A stretch of DNA of 64,000 bases from Octopus vulgaris (lineage: Eukaryota): NCBI GenBank assembly GCA_951406725.2, contig OX597821.1, positions 85,808,001 to 85,872,000 of the forward strand, in the 5' to 3' direction. A model generated the notes under the pieces. It made no database searches and was not told where the DNA came from. It worked only from the letters and a program-made list of their open reading frames with translations. Below, in pieces: positions 55,566-64,000 of the stretch. A program made the position numbers and the translations under genes. The first letter of the stretch is position 1. Each line of letters starts with the position of its first letter.

Positions 55566-56002
55566 TGGACATCAATGATGAGAAACGAGACACCTGCAGT
55601 TACTTTACAGGTCCACAATCACACACAAACACACACAAACACACACACACACGCACACGCACGCATACACATAATACGCACATACACATACATGCAGCCA
55701 TATACGTATATTCATACACATGAACGCATACAAGCAGACTTGCGTATAGATATTACAAAAAGATAGATTTGAAATATGAACGATTGCATATAGGCAGATG
55801 TAGGCAGACATACGCATACACAGACACACACAAATGCATATACAAGTGCACACACACATGTATAGACGGACACACACACATGTATATGAGTATATCTGTA
55901 TATAAGTGTGTGTGTGTGTTTGTGTGTATACGTATGCGACTATGTGTATCTTAATATGACAGTGTTTCTTCATTCGTGAGGGTGTGTATCTATATGCGCG
56001 CG

Positions 56003-56038
<36 letters not shown>

Positions 56039-56542
56039 TGTGTGTGTGTGCTTGTGTGTGTGTGTGTGTGTGTGTATGTGTGTGTGAGAGAGTGTGTATG
56101 TGTGTGTGTGCTTGTGTGTGTGTGCTTGTGTGTGTATGTGTGTGTGTGCTTGTGTGTGTGTGCTTGTGTGTGTATGTGTGTGTGAGAGAGAGAGAGAGAC
56201 AGAGACAGTGACAGAGACAGAGAGAGAAACAGACAGACAGATAGATAGACAAAAAGACTGAACATTGGTGCAAAAAAACTTAACAGTTGGACAGTAAAAT
56301 AGCGGGTGCGCGCGCCTGTGTATGAGTGAGAGAGAGAGAGGGGGGCGGTCAGACAGACACAGTAACAAAAACATTGCCAGAGGAAGAGAGACTATCAGGG
56401 AAACTCGAGATATACACCAAAGATGGAAATATATCAAACGAGGCTATTGTTTATTTTAAGTGTTTAAAACAAGGGTAACACAGCGACACATGAAAAAACA
56501 TGAGGCCCAGTGGGACAGAAAATGTTCCATTTTTTCAGTTTC

Positions 56543-56577
<35 letters not shown>

Positions 56578-56578
<1 letters not shown>

Positions 56579-56738
56579 CAGATGTAGCTGTGTAGTAAAA
56601 AGCTTGTTTCCCAACCACATGATTCCGGGTTCAGTCCTACTGCGTGGCACCAAAGTTAAGTGTCTTCTACTATAGTCACGGGCCGACCAAAATCTTGTGA
56701 GTTGAGTTGGTAGACGAAAACTGAGAGGAGCCCGTCGT
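56578..56738 (+). mobile_element. 5' half of SINE S1
   Basis: Head through gagcccgtcg, then microsatellite. Confidence 0.85.
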
Positions 56739-56772
56739 ATATATGGTATATATATATATATATATGTTTGTG

Positions 56773-56811
<39 letters not shown>

Positions 56812-57137
56812 TGTGTGTGTGTGTGTACGTGTGTGTGTATGTGCATGTATGTTTGTATGTATGTATGTATGTAGTGAATCTTGCATGCATGAAGTGGATT
56901 CGATCCACCATAACCAAATTTAAATTAACGCTGGAACAGAACTGTTCGATGGTGGAACAATGGTTTTTCTCTGACAGCAGTTTTACATTTTCTAGATGCC
57001 TTTAGCTGGGCCGAAATAATGTCTTCACCACTTGACCCTTTCTAACCTCTTCGACTTCACTAAAAGCTAGTTGAATAGAGATAACAAGACCGCCAACAAA
57101 ATCTATTGTTCTAAATGATATGTCTATCCTTCTGGAT

Positions 57138-57532
57138 AGTTATATAAGCCAGCACATCCCAGGCAAAAATCAGTTCGTCACAGTCGGTGACGACTCAACG
57201 GAGTTAGTCACCAGCCGACTCAACGAGGTTTGGCTGACCAACCTTGGTCAAAGGAAGAAAACAGCTGCGAGATAACACCCTACAATTCTCTCTAGCTCTA
57301 TCATCCTAAATTAGAGATACACATTGCTGAGAGAGATAGGATGATGTTGTAAGAGAACAGAATTAGAGCTTGAGAGAATTGTAGGGTATTGTCTCACAGC
57401 TGCTTTCTTCCTCTGACCAAGGTTGGTCAGCCAGACCTCGTTGGGTCGTCACCGGCTGGTGACTAACTCAGTTGAGTCGTCACGATTGTGACGAACTGAT
57501 TTTTGCTTGGGATGTGCTGGCTTATATAATTA
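57138..57532. mobile_element. Fold-back element with ~165-bp inverted arms
   Basis: ttatataagccagcacatccca...ctagctcta (57138-57300) is the inverse of tagagct...tgggatgtgctggcttatataa (57364-57532). Confidence 0.88.
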
Positions 57533-57534
57533 TA

Positions 57535-57660
57535 TGTGTATGTGTGTCTTTGTGCCTGTGATTGTCCGCCCACCCCACCATCATATGACGACCAATGTTG
57601 ATGTGTTTACACTCCCGTAAAATAGCGGCTCGGCAAACGAAACCGATAGAATAAATACCG
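57535..57660 (+). mobile_element. Partial 3' half of SINE S1
   Basis: gacgaccaatgttgatgtgtttac...cggcaaacgaaaccgatagaataa. Confidence 0.75.
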
Positions 57661-57702
57661 TATTTGCCGTTGTATAAACCAAACCCAATTAACAGAAGAC
57701 CC

Positions 57703-57943
57703 TGCTGAGCATTCCGCAGACGCGTGTACCCTTAACATATTTCTCAAGGAGATTCAGCGTGATACAGAATGTGGCAAGGCTGGTCATTGGAATTATAAGT
57801 ACTGCTCATTTTTGCCAGTTGAGTGGACTGGATCAACGTGATATAAAGGGTCTTTCTCCAGGGCAGAGCTCCGCGAGCAATCGAACTCAGGACCCTACGA
57901 TCTTGAGCCGAATACCCTAACCACTAAGCTACGCACCCTCACA
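57703..57943 (-). mobile_element. SINE family S2-related copy
   Basis: ctgagcattccgcagacgcgtgtacccttaac...ctacgatc...ccctaaccactaagc is the reverse of the 16430-16690 and 22930-23070 sequence. Confidence 0.8.
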
Positions 57944-58339
57944 GTAGGCGATATAGGCAGTGCAAATACGGATTACAATTATAAGTATTAATGATTAACT
58001 ATTCGATATAAAACACTAACGATTTCCAATTCATTACAACAAGGCTAATTTAATGCATGGAATTGGGCGTATAATCTAATAAATAGCTAATATTTTTATG
58101 TTAGATACAATTGACTGTGATTTCAATAAGTATATAACGCTGTTAAACTCGTGCAATGAGTCTTACCATAAAAAGTGTTAATGTAGAAATTATTCTGTCA
58201 CCGTTAAGTGTCATGGCAGACTGAAATTGTGCGAATGTTTTACACGGGACGTCTGCCTCTTTTGATTGAGTTATTGTTATTTGATGTTAGTGTATGAAGT
58301 AATAATAACAATGAATGCATATATTATGTATATCGCGCT

Positions 58340-58624
<285 letters not shown>

Positions 58625-59782
58625 CGACATAGAAGATATAATATAAAAATTACTAAGCATCTTGCGCATTATTTATGCTTGTTTGAGTGTTTATCTATGT
58701 ATAACTCACTCACACGCTCATAGATCTGTGTATGGGCGTATATGTATATGCATGTACATATGTAATACAAATATATATGCATGTGCATGTAAATGCATAT
58801 ATATTTGTAAAGTATGCACATATGTGTGAGTGTGTGTACATGTATGTACATATTCACATACGCTCACAGATATGGGCGCGCACGCACACAGAGAATCTCT
58901 CTCTCTCTTTCTCCCTCTCTCTCTCTCTCTCTTTCCCAAACACACACGCACTATCCTTGTCGTTAGCACAAACGTTTAACGAAGTAATCCTTTTTAATAG
59001 TATTCTATTTAAGAAAATGAAATTTCAAGCTTTAAAATGCTAAATTACCTTCTTAGTCTCCTCTATCATATTTGATAAAATAGACTGACGCCATCTTGTC
59101 AGTGTTGACTGAACTTCACAAACGCTATTATTTTCTTGAAACTAGTTGCAGACGATAAAAAGAAAACGCAAGTATAAAGAAAAGAAACATATTTCATTAG
59201 TGATGTAGAAAGAAGTAATGCTCAGTGTCTAAGTTAATATTCCTTCATCGAATTTGTTTCTCTCGAAACGCCTTTCAAATCTCTTTAAGAGGACCCTAGC
59301 ACTAACTTTCTTGTTCGCTTCAAAGAAGAGTCTGTTTATCAATTAAAGAGTAAACTATGCAGAATAACTATTGTAGACATCTAGAGAAAGTTGATCCCAA
59401 CCGATTTCGATTTATTGTGGCAGCCAGCTTATCACTAAGTATAAAATTGAATCACATATCTAATCAGCAGATGAACTTGTATATATTTTGCCCTTCAAAA
59501 TGGAAGCCAGCTATCGCATTGGGGATCCAACGTAAAATGCTCAACGAGATAGATAGATCAGCTGGAACTAGCAGCCAAATTTCACTCAAATCATAGCACA
59601 ATGTTATAGAAAATAAGAACACACTATTCCTAGACATTGATTAAGAAACGTCAAGATGCCTAGGGTACTACTATTCATAGATACCGCACGCTAGGAGGGT
59701 CCCTTGCACTCAAAACTACTAAAATAAACAAAATTGTACCGAATGCAAAACTTCAAAGCAAGTCATTTAAAAAAAGAATTTA

Positions 59783-59846
59783 GTTACATATCACCTGTGA
59801 TTTCGCAATTAATGCAGAATATGCATTCTATGCTCATCAGTGCAAC
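59783..59846 (-). ncRNA. Type I hammerhead ribozyme, fully canonical
   Basis: Minus strand: gttgca-CTGATGA-GCA-tag-AATGCA-tattc-TGCATT-aat-TGC-GAAA-TCAC-ag-GTGA-TA-tgtaac. 6-bp stem I, bulged stem II, near-palindromic stem III, AUA site between 59789 and 59788. Confidence 0.85.
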
Positions 59847-59856
59847 AAGTACCCTC

Positions 59857-62362
<2,506 letters not shown>

Positions 62363-62402
62363 ATCACATATATATATATGTGTGTGTGCATGTATATATA
62401 TA

Positions 62403-62461
<59 letters not shown>

Positions 62462-62709
62462 ATAATAATATTAGGGAATAAATCCAAACTTACAGGGAAA
62501 AATTAGATTTATAATATATATATATATATAGTACGTTTAAATATTTGTTGTGCAAGATTTTTTATGTGAAGTCGTGTGTTGAAACAGATATTGTTATATT
62601 TCGGAATGGTAATATTGCCAGTTTAGCCAATAAAAACACACGCACTATATATTTGGTGTTATTTTGCTTCAGTGTTATCTATTTTTTACATTAATCTTAA
62701 TCTTATTTC

Positions 62710-62754
62710 GGCCAGAGTTCTTTCGTCACACTCCTGTGACCGCATCAGTGGTCC
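62710..62754 (-). ncRNA. Minimal type I hammerhead motif H1 (A9C)
   Basis: Reverse complement of 62905-62949. A third copy lacking the cleavage site lies at 62790-62825. Confidence 0.6.
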
Positions 62755-62904
62755 TTTGTTTTCTTTCTTATTTGTGTCTCTCCTTACTATCTTTCGTCAC
62801 ACTCCTGTGACCGCATCAGTGGTCCTTTGTTTTCTTCTTTCTTATTTGTGTCTCTCCTTACTAACTTAGTAAGGAGAGACACAAATAAGAAAGAAGAAAA
62901 CAAA

Positions 62905-62949
62905 GGACCACTGATGCGGTCACAGGAGTGTGACGAAAGAACTCTGGCC
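62905..62949 (+). ncRNA. Minimal type I hammerhead motif H1 (A9C)
   Basis: ggacca-CTGATGC-g-GTCAC-aggagt-GTGAC-GAAA-gaac-TC-tggcc. Perfect stem II; homologous to 245-287, which has canonical CTGAAGA. Confidence 0.6.
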
Positions 62950-63067
62950 GAAATAAGATCAAGTTTAATGTAAAAAATAAATAACACTGAAGCAAAATAA
63001 CACCAAATATATAGTGCGTGTGTTTTTATTGGCTAAACTGGCAATATGACCATTCCGAAATATAACA

Positions 63068-63140
<73 letters not shown>

Positions 63141-63142
<2 letters not shown>

Positions 63143-63487
63143 ATACATCAGGTACAGGTCATCAGCAACGAGTGAAAATTATGTTAACACAATGAGAGAC
63201 AAGTACGGGACAAAATATCATCAAAAGAAGTCTAACCCCTCCTCAGATGTCGATTGTCAGTTACTCCCCTATTTCGACCTTTCAACGACAAGACAGGAAA
63301 CCTTCATAAAACAGCAACATCCAGAAATAGGGAGTGATTAACAGCCGACAACTGAGGAGGGGTTAGACTTCTTTTGGTATTTTGTCCCGTACTTGTTTCT
63401 TATTGTGTTCACGAATTTTTCACTCGTTGTTGATACCCTCTTCTTATTGTGTATTTTCCAGTATTTTATCCTGTACTTGATGTATTA
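63141..63487. mobile_element. Fold-back pair of H3-like units
   Basis: 63141-63275 is the diverged inverse of 63324-63487, with a 48-nt spacer. Each arm has GAAA...CTGAGGA. Confidence 0.85.
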
Positions 63488-63551
63488 TTTATTTATTTAT
63501 TTATAATCGAACGCCACGCAGCCTTGTCCACAGTACGTTTTTACTTATGTG

Positions 63552-63618
<67 letters not shown>

Positions 63619-63825
63619 TGCTCCACCGCATACACGCTATATATTATCTGTACTGTTCGTATTATTTGAATCAGGGAGCTAAACTCAACGCCTTATGCAC
63701 GGAACAAATTACAAACATTTCTTCTAATTTGTTGGTCATTTAGGCTCCTTTTTGCCTTTTCTGGACATTGTCCTAACATTTCAGCTCATAATGAATTATT
63801 ATTATTATTATTATTATTATTATTG

Positions 63826-64000
63826 AGTGAGAGAGCAGTGCATGCCATCAAAGTGACACTGGGGTAAAATATACGAAGCCCAATATACCCATCATGACTA
63901 CCCGTCTTAAAGGTACACCAGGCACATGCATCACAACCATATGTGCGCGACATGGTGATCTCATATCAAGATAAACAGCACATGACCTTGCAGGTGGGGC
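63826..64000 (-). mobile_element. 3' end of (AAT)n-associated repeat family (runs off the window)
   Basis: Matches 39237-39336; adjoins (TTA)n at 63796-63825. Confidence 0.85.

Larger units (their letters stand above)
62588..63071. mobile_element. Near-perfect palindrome (~205-bp arms, 1-nt centre at 62865) with a ~70-bp duplication in the left arm; carries H1 hammerheads on both strands
   Basis: Centre ccttactaa-c-ttagtaagg. Arms match out to atattgttatatttcggaatggt / accattccgaaatataacaatat. Confidence 0.92.

Overview
This is AT-rich eukaryotic intergenic or intronic DNA. The SINE families and extreme microsatellite load suggest an octopus or other coleoid cephalopod (inference). No host protein-coding gene can be supported, and almost all supplied ORFs are microsatellite read-throughs. 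The window contains one near full-length but disrupted RTE LINE (44252-48206), a young 5'-truncated CR1-like LINE with an intact RT ORF (60614-62362), and fragments of R4/Dong-type RLE retrotransposons and Penelope-like (GIY-YIG) elements. It also holds mariner, Tc1-like and Tigger relics, a non-autonomous Helitron and three SINE families. The most interesting signal is a set of short non-coding elements lodged in microsatellites that carry hammerhead ribozyme (HHR) motifs. Three have fully canonical catalytic cores with credible stems (245-287 +, 19619-19694 +, 59783-59846 -), and others carry core variants. Several sit inside fold-back inverted repeats (6.3 kb, 12.7 kb, 62.6 kb). A further family shows the two HHR core halves in permuted order with near-constant spacing (six instances). 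These are probably Penelope-derived or retrozyme-like non-autonomous elements. All structures were folded by eye; no searches or folding programs were run.
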